Shown: one piece after another, positions 55,310 to 63,356 of the stretch
How positions within the stretch are numbered: the stretch's first letter is position 1
Layout of the letters: each line of letters opens with the position of its first letter
DNA from: Dehalococcoidia bacterium
GTDB lineage: Bacteria > Chloroflexota > Dehalococcoidia > UBA2979
Assembly (NCBI GenBank): GCA_963667465.2
Contig: CAXXDN010000001.1
Span: 864,001 to 928,000, forward strand
Direction: 5' to 3'
Length of the DNA stretch: 64,000 bases
The notes under the pieces: model-generated
What the model saw: the letters and a program-made list of their open reading frames with translations, nothing else
Told to the model about the DNA's origin: nothing
Databases searched by the model: none
Program-made: the position numbers and the translations under genes

Positions 55310-56497
55310 CTACCCCGGTTCGCTGCCGAAGATCACGCTGCTGACCGGCTGCACCATCGGCCCCGAGGTCACCATCGAGACCTCGACGCCGGGGACCTGG
55401 CGCGTGGAGTGGCCGCGGAGCTGGCGGACGGCCTCGATGTTCAGCTCCAGGCCGTGCATGTAGCACTCGGCGAGGTTGCCGCCGCTGGTGTTGAGCGGGA
55501 GCTGCCCGCCCGGGGCGGAGAAGTTCTCCAGCGTGAAGAACTCGTTCACCTCGTCCGGCTGGCAGAAGCCGTGCTCGACGATGCTGACCATCACGCAGCC
55601 GGTGAAGTTCTCGTAGCTCTGCAACACGTCGACGTCCTCGGGGCCGACGCCGGCCTGCGCGTAGAGGTGCGGGGCGAGGGTCTTGAAGTTCGCCGTCGCG
55701 TAGTCGGGCGCGTTGTGCCAGCTGGCGGCCTGGCGGTGCCCGGAGCCCTGTGCGGCGCCGAGGATGTAGGCGGGCTTCTGCCGCAGGTCGCGGGCCCGCT
55801 CGGCGGGCACGAGGATCATCGCGGCGGCGCCGTCGTTCTCCTGGCAGCAGTCGAAGAGGTGGAACGGCTCGACGATCCAGCGCGAGGCGTCGTAGGCCGC
55901 CTCGTCCAGCGGCCGTCCGTTCATTACCGCGCGCGGGTTGTGCTGTGCGTGCTGGTAGCTGGCGAGGGAGACGGCGCGCAGCGCCTCCTGCCGCACGCCG
56001 TGCTCGTGCATGAAGCGCCGCACGCGCATCGCGTACTGCTGTGCGGGCGAGAGCACGCCGTAGGGCTGTGCGTAGCCGAGCGGCCCCTCCGCGCGGGGGC
56101 CGCCTCGAGCCTGGCCGAAGCGCCCGAACTGGCCCTGTGCGAGCGAGCGGTAGACGACCACGGCGTCGGCAAAGCCGGCGGCGATTGCGGCCGCGCCGTT
56201 GGCGACCGCGCCCGATCCGCCGCCGCCGCCGCCGCCCCAGACGAGGTTGCTGAGCCGGTGCTCGGGCAGCCCCAGCGCGGTGGCGATGCGGTCCGGCGTG
56301 CTGCGCTCGGTGGCGTAGGAGGCGAAGCCGTCGATCTCGGAGACCTCGATGCCGGCGTCCGCGGCGGCGCCGATGATCGCCTCGAGGCACATCTTGAACT
56401 CGGAGTCCTCGGCCTGGCTCTGCTTGTAGTACGTGGTTTCGGCGACGCCTGCGACGGCGACCTTGCCGCGAATCGAGCGCTCGTTGTGTGCGGCCAT
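55310..56497 (-). CDS. Thiolase-fold lipid-transfer/Ltp2-type protein (probable retro-aldolase)
   Basis: DCCQENDGAAA, YENFT, NTSGGNLAECYMHG, EAVRQLRG. A Gly run replaces the thiolase catalytic Cys region. Confidence 0.82.
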   Translation of the reverse strand: MAAHNERSIRGKVAVAGVAETTYYKQSQAEDSEFKMCLEAIIGAAADAGIEVSEIDGFASYATERSTPDRIATALGLPEHRLSNLVWGGGGGGGSGAVANGAAAIAAGFADAVVVYRSLAQGQFGRFGQARGGPRAEGPLGYAQPYGVLSPAQQYAMRVRRFMHEHGVRQEALRAVSLASYQHAQHNPRAVMNGRPLDEAAYDASRWIVEPFHLFDCCQENDGAAAMILVPAERARDLRQKPAYILGAAQGSGHRQAASWHNAPDYATANFKTLAPHLYAQAGVGPEDVDVLQSYENFTGCVMVSIVEHGFCQPDEVNEFFTLENFSAPGGQLPLNTSGGNLAECYMHGLELNIEAVRQLRGHSTRQVPGVEVSMVTSGPMVQPVSSVIFGSEPG

Positions 56498-56625
56498 GGC
56501 CGGGCTCCGTTCATGCTTCCCGCGGCGGATGCGCGTATGTATAGCACGCGGTCGCGCTCGGCAGCCGCGCGCCACCGGGCGGGATATGCTACGTAGTGCC
56601 GGACGGACGGGAGGCGCTGACGAAG

Positions 56626-57126
56626 ATGAGCGAAGAACCGGAGACGCTGGTCACCGACGAGATGATCGCGGCCAGGGGCGTGTGGGGCGGCGAAACGACC
56701 TCGCACCCCGTGACCGAGTCCGACATCCGCAAGTGGGCGATCGCGACCTACTGGCCGGACAAGCCACCTCCCGTCTACTGGGACGAGGAGTACGCGCGCG
56801 GCACGAAGTGGGGCGGGATCATCGCGCCTCGCGACTTCAACCCCTTTGCCTGGCCTGTCGACCGGCCACCCGGCCCCCCTTCGGCGGGTGCGCGGCCGGG
56901 GCAGACGCCGCAGAAGGGCGAGAACGTCCTCAACGGCGGGCAGGCGGATACCTGGTTCGCGCCGATCCGGCCGGGAGACGTGATGACCTCGCGCACCCGG
57001 CTCGCTCGCTGGGAGGAGCGCACGGGCCGCCTCGGCCTCACGCTCTTCACGTACACCGAGATCGAGTGGCACAACCAGGACGGCGAGCTGGTGCGGCGAC
57101 GCATCTCGACCGGCATCCGCTACTAG
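56626..57126 (+). CDS. MaoC/FAS1-like dehydratase subunit
   Basis: IRKWAIA, YWDEEYA..TKWGGIIAP, LNGG, PIRPGD. Confidence 0.82.
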   Translation: MSEEPETLVTDEMIAARGVWGGETTSHPVTESDIRKWAIATYWPDKPPPVYWDEEYARGTKWGGIIAPRDFNPFAWPVDRPPGPPSAGARPGQTPQKGENVLNGGQADTWFAPIRPGDVMTSRTRLARWEERTGRLGLTLFTYTEIEWHNQDGELVRRRISTGIRY

Positions 57127-57149
57127 CCGAGGACCGGAGGAACCAAACC

Positions 57150-57584
57150 GTGGCCAACAACGTCTACTACGAAGACGTCGAGATCGGACAGGAAATCCCT
57201 GCCTTCGAGCGCAAGACGGACTTCATGAACTGGAACCGCTACGCGGCCGTGAACGACGAATTCGTCTTCGTCCACATGGACGACGACGTCGGCAAGGCCG
57301 CCGGGCAGGGCGCAGCCTTCGGGATGGGCAACCTGCGTTGGGCCTACGTGATCAACGCGCTCCAGGACTGGGCCGGCGACGAGGCGGACATCCGCGAACT
57401 GTCGATGCAGTTCCGCGCGATCAACCACAAGCACGACGTGCTGACGACGCGCTGCGTAGTGAGCGAGAAGACGGTCGAGGCCGGCGAGCACCTCGTCAGC
57501 TTCGACATCAACGTGATCAACCAGGAAGGCGCGGCGACCGCGCCGGGTACGGCCGTCGTCGTGCTCCCCTCGCGCGAGGGGTAG
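57150..57584 (+). CDS. MaoC-family dehydratase, catalytic subunit
   Basis: YYEDVEIGQ, YAAVNDEFVFVHMD (D-x4/5-H motif). GTG after GGAGG. Confidence 0.85.
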   Translation: MANNVYYEDVEIGQEIPAFERKTDFMNWNRYAAVNDEFVFVHMDDDVGKAAGQGAAFGMGNLRWAYVINALQDWAGDEADIRELSMQFRAINHKHDVLTTRCVVSEKTVEAGEHLVSFDINVINQEGAATAPGTAVVVLPSREG

Positions 57585-57675
57585 ACGCGGTCAGGCTCGT
57601 TACGCTCGACGCCGCCGCCCTTAGCAGGCGGGGCGCCTCGCCTGCGTGGACGGCGAGCCTGGGGGGTGGCCGGGC

Positions 57676-58866
57676 GTGAGCCTTATCGGAGGGGGCGCGG
57701 CCTACCGCGACGGGCAGGGACGAACGCGCTGCCGGCGCTGCGACAAAATCGTCTACGCGGGCGAAGAGGAAGCGCAGGCTGCGGCCGACGCCGCCCGCGC
57801 GGAGCGCGTCCTGCTGCGCCCCTACCGCGAGCCCGCCTGCGGCTACTGGCACCTCACCTCGCGGGCCGAACTGCCGCTGCAAGCCCGGCAGGAGGAGCGT
57901 GCCCGGGAGCGCGAGAAGGCCGGGCAGGGCCGCCGCTACCAGCCGATCCTCGTTGCGTTGGTCGTCGTGTTCGTCGTTGCCGCCGCAGTCGCGGCGTTCC
58001 TGCTCGACCGTCTGGGCGGCGCTGAGCCGGATCCCACGCCGACGGTCGCCGCCACTCCGGTAGCAGCGACAACCGTAGCCACCGCGACCGCTCCGCCCAC
58101 GCCCACGGCCACCGCCGACCCGGCGCGCACAGCGACCGCGACCCCGTCGCCCGCGGCCACTCCGCCACCAACGCCCGTCCCGACACCTGAGCCGATCGTC
58201 GTATGGACCATCGGCAACACGGGCGGCAGCGGCGTGGCGCTGCGCGACGACTGTGACGACGAGGCCCGCTACTCCGCGCGCGGCGAGGGCTGGGCCGACG
58301 CCACGCGGGTCGAGCTGATCGAGGAAGGCGAGGGCCGCTGCGAGGGCTGGCTCAACGTCCAGGCCGCAGACGAGGTCTCGTGGGTGCGGCGGGCGTACTT
58401 GCTCCGTCGTGTCCTGTCATCGACGTGGACCGTCGGCAACACAGGGGGCTTGGGGGTGACGCGGCGCGGCGACTGCCTCGACTCAGCCCGCAGCTCCGCG
58501 CCCGGCGAGGGCTGGGCCGAAGACACGGAGGTGCGCCTGCTCGAGGTCGGCGAGGCGCGCTGTGTGGGCTGGCTGCGCGTCGAGTCCGGGGGCGTCGAGT
58601 CATGGGTGCGCGAGCGCTACCTGACCGAGGTCGTCGACCTGACCCTCGTGGAGGGCTGGACCGTCGGCAACACCGGCGGCGGCGGCGTGGCGCTGCGCAA
58701 CGACTGCCTGGACACCGCCCGCGTCGGGCAAGGCGTCAACTGGCCGGACGCGACGAGCGTCGAACTGATCGAGGTCGGCGAGGATCGCTGCGCGGGCTGG
58801 CTGCTGGTGGAGTCCGAGGGCGTCGAGTCGTGGGTGCGGGAGCGGTTCCTGATCGCAGAGGAGTAG
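57676..58866 (+). CDS. Membrane protein: N-terminal Zn finger, TM helix, Pro/Thr linker, three SH3-like repeats
   Basis: CRRCDK...CGYWHLTS; hydrophobic ILVALVVVFVVAAAVAAFLL; three repeats of WT(I/V)GNTGGxGVxxRxDC...W...RCxGWLxV...SWVRxx(Y/F)L. Confidence 0.75.
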   Translation: MSLIGGGAAYRDGQGRTRCRRCDKIVYAGEEEAQAAADAARAERVLLRPYREPACGYWHLTSRAELPLQARQEERAREREKAGQGRRYQPILVALVVVFVVAAAVAAFLLDRLGGAEPDPTPTVAATPVAATTVATATAPPTPTATADPARTATATPSPAATPPPTPVPTPEPIVVWTIGNTGGSGVALRDDCDDEARYSARGEGWADATRVELIEEGEGRCEGWLNVQAADEVSWVRRAYLLRRVLSSTWTVGNTGGLGVTRRGDCLDSARSSAPGEGWAEDTEVRLLEVGEARCVGWLRVESGGVESWVRERYLTEVVDLTLVEGWTVGNTGGGGVALRNDCLDTARVGQGVNWPDATSVELIEVGEDRCAGWLLVESEGVESWVRERFLIAEE

Positions 58867-58884
58867 TAACGGCGGGCTGCGGAG

Positions 58885-60609
58885 CTAGTCCGCGGGGGCC
58901 GGGCTCCGGTCGATGGCGGGCAGTTCCTCGATCGGGATCTCCTCGATGTCGTCGAGGGCCGCCTCGATCGGGTCGCCGTCGCCCTGGCTGGTCCCGTGGG
59001 CGTCGAGGCCGAAGGCCTCGCTGTAGCGGTAGTAGAGCTCCAGCGAGTCGCCGTACTTGCGGTGTCCGGCGGTGTGCTTGGCGCAGGCGAGCAGCAGGCG
59101 GTCGCGGTCCGGCGAACTCGTGCGCGCGTAGTCCTCGAGGAAGCAGAAGCCGAGTTCCTGGTTGTGCGGGTCGTTGCCGTGCTTCGCCGCGCTCATCGCC
59201 AGCGAGGCGAGCAGCGGGGCGCGCTCGTAGCCGCCGTCGAGGTAGGCCTGCACCCAGCTGGCGGCCTCGTCCGGCGCCAGCCGGTCCGTGGCGGTCTCCA
59301 GCTCGCGGAGAACCTGGTTGCGGGAGAGCCGGTCAGAGCCGGCGGGGGCGCGCAGCAGCGGCCGGCCGTTGCCCGGCGTGTTGCGCAGCTTCATCGCGGC
59401 CTGGTTGACGAAGGAGCCGGCGACGTAGAGCAGCTTGGTGCGGTGGCGGTGCATGAAGCGCCCGTAGAACCAGGCGAGCGTGTTCGTGTACTCGTAGCAG
59501 TGCTGCGGCATCCCGAAGTTCTCGGGCTCGCCGGCCTCGAGGACGACCTGCGCGGCCGCGATCTGGATCGTGTCCAGGATCTTCTTCGGCGAGCGGCCGG
59601 ACTGGAGCAGGCCGGTGATCATGTGGATGTAGGCGGGGTCCGGTTCGCGCAAGATCGCGTGCTTCAGCCCCTCGCGCTCGGCGATCGAGAGGTCGCCTTC
59701 CTGCGCGAACAGCTCAGCGTCGCGCGTGGACTGAGGGGTGGCGGCCAGCGTCGAGATCGGCGGGTCGTCGTCCAACTCCGTCATCAGCACGCGGCAGGCC
59801 ATCTCGTAGTTCGCGTAGTAGTGCGGCCCGACGGCGAGGTCGGGCGCACCCGCGTAGATGATCGGGTCCGCGTGGTCCCAGCCGACGGCGTCGGCGAGCT
59901 CGACCGTGGCGCGGGCGCGGAAGGATTTGTGGCCCGTCGTGTAGCTGGTCACGTAGAGCATGCGGTCCTGGATGTCGATCAGGCCGGCGAACACCATCTG
60001 GCCGGCAACGCGTTCGCGGTTCCCTGGGTTGCGCAGCATCCCCTTGAGCAGGCTGAAGGCCGGCCCGGCCTGGTTGCGCATGACCAGCGTCAGCCACTCG
60101 TTAAGCTGCTCGTCGAGGGTGCCGATCTCCTCGGGGTGCTCCAGCGCGGGCACGTCCAGGTTGTAGATCTCGGGGGCCGGCGGGACGGGGTAGCGGACCG
60201 GGTCGTAGCGGCTGCGGCCGTAGTGCCCGGGCGCCTTGCCGAGCAGCTGGTTCCAGGCATCGAGGCCGGTCGGCACGTACCACATCGTCTGCGCGAGCGG
60301 CAGGAAACGGTGCTGTTTCGACAGCACGTCCGGCATGCGCATCGCGAGGCGGCCGCTGAGCAGGCAGTGGTCGTTGTTGACGAAGCGCACGAAACCGTCG
60401 TCGAGGCGCTGGTGGAACGGCGCCTGCGTGTACGGCCCGTGGATGCGCACCGTCTCCAGCAGCAGCTCTTCCAGCGGCCGGCCGGCGCGGATCAGGTCGT
60501 AGAGGACGTCGGACGCCGCCTCCTGGTCGCGGGCAATCATGCCCTCCTCGAGGGCGGCATACATCGCCACGGTCCGGGCGTCCGGCCGATCGTAGGAGTC
60601 GGTCGTCAT
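58885..60609 (-). CDS. Hypothetical all-alpha protein with four internal repeats
   Basis: Long ORF with coding-like composition, ATG after GGGAG. Function not recognised. Confidence 0.75.
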   Translation of the reverse strand: MTTDSYDRPDARTVAMYAALEEGMIARDQEAASDVLYDLIRAGRPLEELLLETVRIHGPYTQAPFHQRLDDGFVRFVNNDHCLLSGRLAMRMPDVLSKQHRFLPLAQTMWYVPTGLDAWNQLLGKAPGHYGRSRYDPVRYPVPPAPEIYNLDVPALEHPEEIGTLDEQLNEWLTLVMRNQAGPAFSLLKGMLRNPGNRERVAGQMVFAGLIDIQDRMLYVTSYTTGHKSFRARATVELADAVGWDHADPIIYAGAPDLAVGPHYYANYEMACRVLMTELDDDPPISTLAATPQSTRDAELFAQEGDLSIAEREGLKHAILREPDPAYIHMITGLLQSGRSPKKILDTIQIAAAQVVLEAGEPENFGMPQHCYEYTNTLAWFYGRFMHRHRTKLLYVAGSFVNQAAMKLRNTPGNGRPLLRAPAGSDRLSRNQVLRELETATDRLAPDEAASWVQAYLDGGYERAPLLASLAMSAAKHGNDPHNQELGFCFLEDYARTSSPDRDRLLLACAKHTAGHRKYGDSLELYYRYSEAFGLDAHGTSQGDGDPIEAALDDIEEIPIEELPAIDRSPAPAD

Positions 60610-60684
60610 GCACAGCTCCCTGGCGCGGAGTATACCCGCCTGTCGCGACTCCGGCGCTACCACGGCGGGACCGGGAGGAGGCGC

Positions 60685-61119
60685 CTACTGGTGCTGCAGC
60701 GCCTCCGGCTCGGCAACCGCGAAGCAGGCGGCCCCCTCGACGCCCGCGCGCAGCCCAACGGGAAGGGCATCCGAGGCGGCGCCGAACTGCTCGGCGGCAG
60801 CGTCCAGCGCGTCGACAATCTCGAAGACGTTCACCGTCGCGTTGGCGTCGAGCGCCTCGACCTGCGCCTTGAGGTCGGCGAGCGTCGACATGCTCGCCCC
60901 GTGGTAGCCGACCAGCTCCTCGGGCGGCTCGATCCCCTGTGCTTCCTCGAGGAACTGGTCGAGCTGGGAGGAGGCCTCGCGCCAGCTGTTGCCGTCGGCG
61001 AACGGCTCGTACTCCGCCGCGCTGTCACCGCACCACTCCTCGTACTCCTCGACGTTGAGCGAGCCGCCGCATGCGGCGGCGAGGGTCACGAGGAGCAGCA
61101 GTGGTGCGAAGCGGAGCAT
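60685..61119 (-). CDS. Hypothetical lipoprotein
   Basis: MLRFAPLLLLVTLAAAC lipobox followed by an acidic helical domain. Confidence 0.75.
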   Translation of the reverse strand: MLRFAPLLLLVTLAAACGGSLNVEEYEEWCGDSAAEYEPFADGNSWREASSQLDQFLEEAQGIEPPEELVGYHGASMSTLADLKAQVEALDANATVNVFEIVDALDAAAEQFGAASDALPVGLRAGVEGAACFAVAEPEALQHQ

Positions 61120-61219
61120 GCGCCAGCCTTCCCTGCGCCGCTGAGTCTGCCATCGCCACTCACGCAGGGGAAGCAGCACGCCCGGGTAGTTCTGCTGGCG
61201 AGCACTCGAGGGCGCGCGC

Positions 61220-62176
61220 TCACGGTTGGCGGGCCTCGGTGGTCGCGGCGTCGCAGCGATGGCCGGTGATGCGCTCGGCGAGATCGGGGAAGGCGGGGTC
61301 GATTTCGTAGCGGTAGTCGTCCCAGTAGCCGTCGCGGTCCGGGTCGAAGCGGCGCGGCGGCGTGGCGCTCGCGAGGGCGAGCTCCTTCATGTGCCGCTCG
61401 ATCTCAGCCCGCCGCGCGGCGGCTTCGTGCGGCGGGACGGGCGGCAGCACCTCAAGGCTCAGCGACTGCCCGAAGCGCAGGGTGGCGCTGAACGGGTGCT
61501 CCCACACGCGGTGGCCTCCCGTGACCACGATCGGCAGCAGCGGGCGGCCGAGGCGGCGCGCGAGGTGGAAGGCCCCCGGCTGAAACGCGAGCTCGATGCC
61601 GAGGATCGAGCCCTGGGGGAAAAGGAGCAGGCTGTCGCCGGCCTCGATCGCCGCGAGGGCGTCGCGCTGGAGCGTGCGGGCGCTCGCGATGGGGCGCTCG
61701 GGGCGGATCAGCAGGTGGCGCCCGCGCACGAGCAAGTCACCGAGGAGCGGGAAGGTGGCGAGCTCGTCGCGCGCGACGGCAGTGAGCGAGAGCGGGAGCC
61801 GGAGCAGTGCGAGCCCGTCGGCGAAGCCCTCGTGCAGCGAGGCGACGACGTAGCGCTCGTCCGGGTCGATGTGTTCGAGACCGCTGATGGCGATGCGCAG
61901 GCCGATCAGGCGGGCGGCGAGCCGCGCCGACCAGCGCTCGGCGGCCCGGTAGACCGCCTGCTCCGGCAGCAGCGCGGCGAGCCACAGGGCGAGCCTCGCC
62001 GGGCCGAGGAGCACGAGGGCGGCCACCCACGCGCGGAGCCACTCGCGGGTGGACCCGACAGCGAGGTAGCCGCCGAGCAGGGTGCGTGGCGCCTCTGCGG
62101 TTGCGCCCGCGGGAGGGTTCGCGCGATCAAGCCCCATCGGCGCCGGCGGTAGCGCCCTGGCCCGCGAGAGCGTCAC
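61220..62176 (-). CDS. Lysophospholipid acyltransferase (PlsC-like)
   Basis: HxxxxD motif SLHEGFAD, FPQGS, GAFHLA...LPI. Start uncertain. Confidence 0.8.
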   Translation of the reverse strand: MTLSRARALPPAPMGLDRANPPAGATAEAPRTLLGGYLAVGSTREWLRAWVAALVLLGPARLALWLAALLPEQAVYRAAERWSARLAARLIGLRIAISGLEHIDPDERYVVASLHEGFADGLALLRLPLSLTAVARDELATFPLLGDLLVRGRHLLIRPERPIASARTLQRDALAAIEAGDSLLLFPQGSILGIELAFQPGAFHLARRLGRPLLPIVVTGGHRVWEHPFSATLRFGQSLSLEVLPPVPPHEAAARRAEIERHMKELALASATPPRRFDPDRDGYWDDYRYEIDPAFPDLAERITGHRCDAATTEARQP

Positions 62177-62465
62177 GCAGCTCGGCCTCGTCGGGGACGA
62201 CGCCCTGGGTGGTGATTTTGCCGTTGATCGTGACGACGGGCGGGTGCCAGCCGCCGCGGCGCAGGGCGTCGAAGAGGTGGTTGAACCAGGGCTTGATACG
62301 CACCTCGACGCCGGGGAGGCCGGCGGCCACGCGCTGGACGAGGCGGACGGTGAGGTCGCACTCCTCGCAGATGGCGTGCGGTACCGTGAAGAAGAGTTGG
62401 CGGCCGGTCATCGGATAGACGGTGACCACCGTCGTCGTTGCCGCGTCGTTCGCTGTCCCGGTCAT
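62127..62465 (-). CDS. Thioredoxin/glutaredoxin-like protein (CEEC)
   Basis: CxxC, then HPPVVTING cis-Pro motif and GVVPD. Confidence 0.75.
   Translation of the reverse strand: MTGTANDAATTTVVTVYPMTGRQLFFTVPHAICEECDLTVRLVQRVAAGLPGVEVRIKPWFNHLFDALRRGGWHPPVVTINGKITTQGVVPDEAELRDALAGQGATAGADGA
62358..62434. repeat. 77-bp direct repeat, copy 1
   Basis: Matches 63108-63184 with two synonymous mismatches; offset exactly 750 bp. Confidence 0.92.
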
Positions 62466-62573
62466 GCCATTGAGGGTACGCGAGCGGGGCGCGCATGGCG
62501 CGCCGTGGGTACGATTGCGGTGGAGCGGGCAGTATGCGGCCCTCGGCGCGGCGGCGGACTGGGATGGTGACGG

Positions 62574-63281
62574 ATGGACTGGACGGACTTGGTTGAGAAG
62601 CTGGGCGACCGGTCACGCGCAGTACCGGCGAGCGAGTTCAGCGCCGACGACCCGGGCGCGAGCGACTGCGGTGTCTACACCTGGTGGGCGGACGAGACCG
62701 CTCAGCGAGTGATCGAGCGCGCGCTTGGCGCGGATGCCAGCTCGGTGATCTGCGTGGGCAAGGCGGGAGGTGGCACGTCGAGCCAGACGCTCGCGACCCG
62801 GATCGTCGGCAAGCATCTCAAGTCCAGGGCCAACATTGGGTCGTCGACGCTGCGGAAGAGCTTGACCGCGATCCTCATGAAGGACAAGGCGTTCGCCGCC
62901 GAGCATACGAGCTCCGACGCGGTCGCCCGGAGCCCCATCCTGTCTGACTGGATGCGGGAGCACCTCAAGGTCGCGATCGCCCCGGTCGATCGCCCGGAAC
63001 AGGTCAAGCACGCCGAAGAGGCGGCGCTCAAGTACTGCGATCCGCCGTTGAACTTGCTAGGAGTGACCAGGACGCCTGCCCGTGCCCAGCTCAGAACGTT
63101 GCGGAAGGCACTCCTCGCAGATGGCGTGCGGGACCGTGAAGAAGAGTTGGCGGCCGGTCATCGGGTAGACGGTGACCACCGTCGCGGTCGCAGCGGCTGC
63201 GGATGCGTCGGTCATGGATCGAGCGTACCGCAGGCCGCGGCTGCCGCGCAGTCGCGATTCCATGTAGAACGGGGCGCGTGA
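62574..63281 (+). CDS. GIY-YIG family nuclease
   Basis: GVYTWW...ICVGKAG, LATRI..KH, SSTLRKSL, E..AL...PPLNL. The tail after ~63108 is read-through of antisense repeat sequence. Confidence 0.75.
   Translation: MDWTDLVEKLGDRSRAVPASEFSADDPGASDCGVYTWWADETAQRVIERALGADASSVICVGKAGGGTSSQTLATRIVGKHLKSRANIGSSTLRKSLTAILMKDKAFAAEHTSSDAVARSPILSDWMREHLKVAIAPVDRPEQVKHAEEAALKYCDPPLNLLGVTRTPARAQLRTLRKALLADGVRDREEELAAGHRVDGDHRRGRSGCGCVGHGSSVPQAAAAAQSRFHVERGA
63057..63215 (-). pseudogene. Truncated 5' part of a thioredoxin-like gene (contains repeat copy 2, 63108-63184)
   Basis: MTDASAAAATATVVTVYPMTGRQLFFTVPHAICEEC, then unrelated sequence and a stop. Confidence 0.8.
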
Positions 63282-63356
63282 AGCAAGCCGCGAACTGCGG
63301 GACCGCGAGGTGCTACTCGCGAACCACCGCTGCGTCGCGCCTTCCGGGAGGCCTGT

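Noticed and set aside
58200-58860. Three long DNA repeats as a mobile or CRISPR-like array
   Set aside because: They are in-frame protein domain repeats with synonymous divergence.
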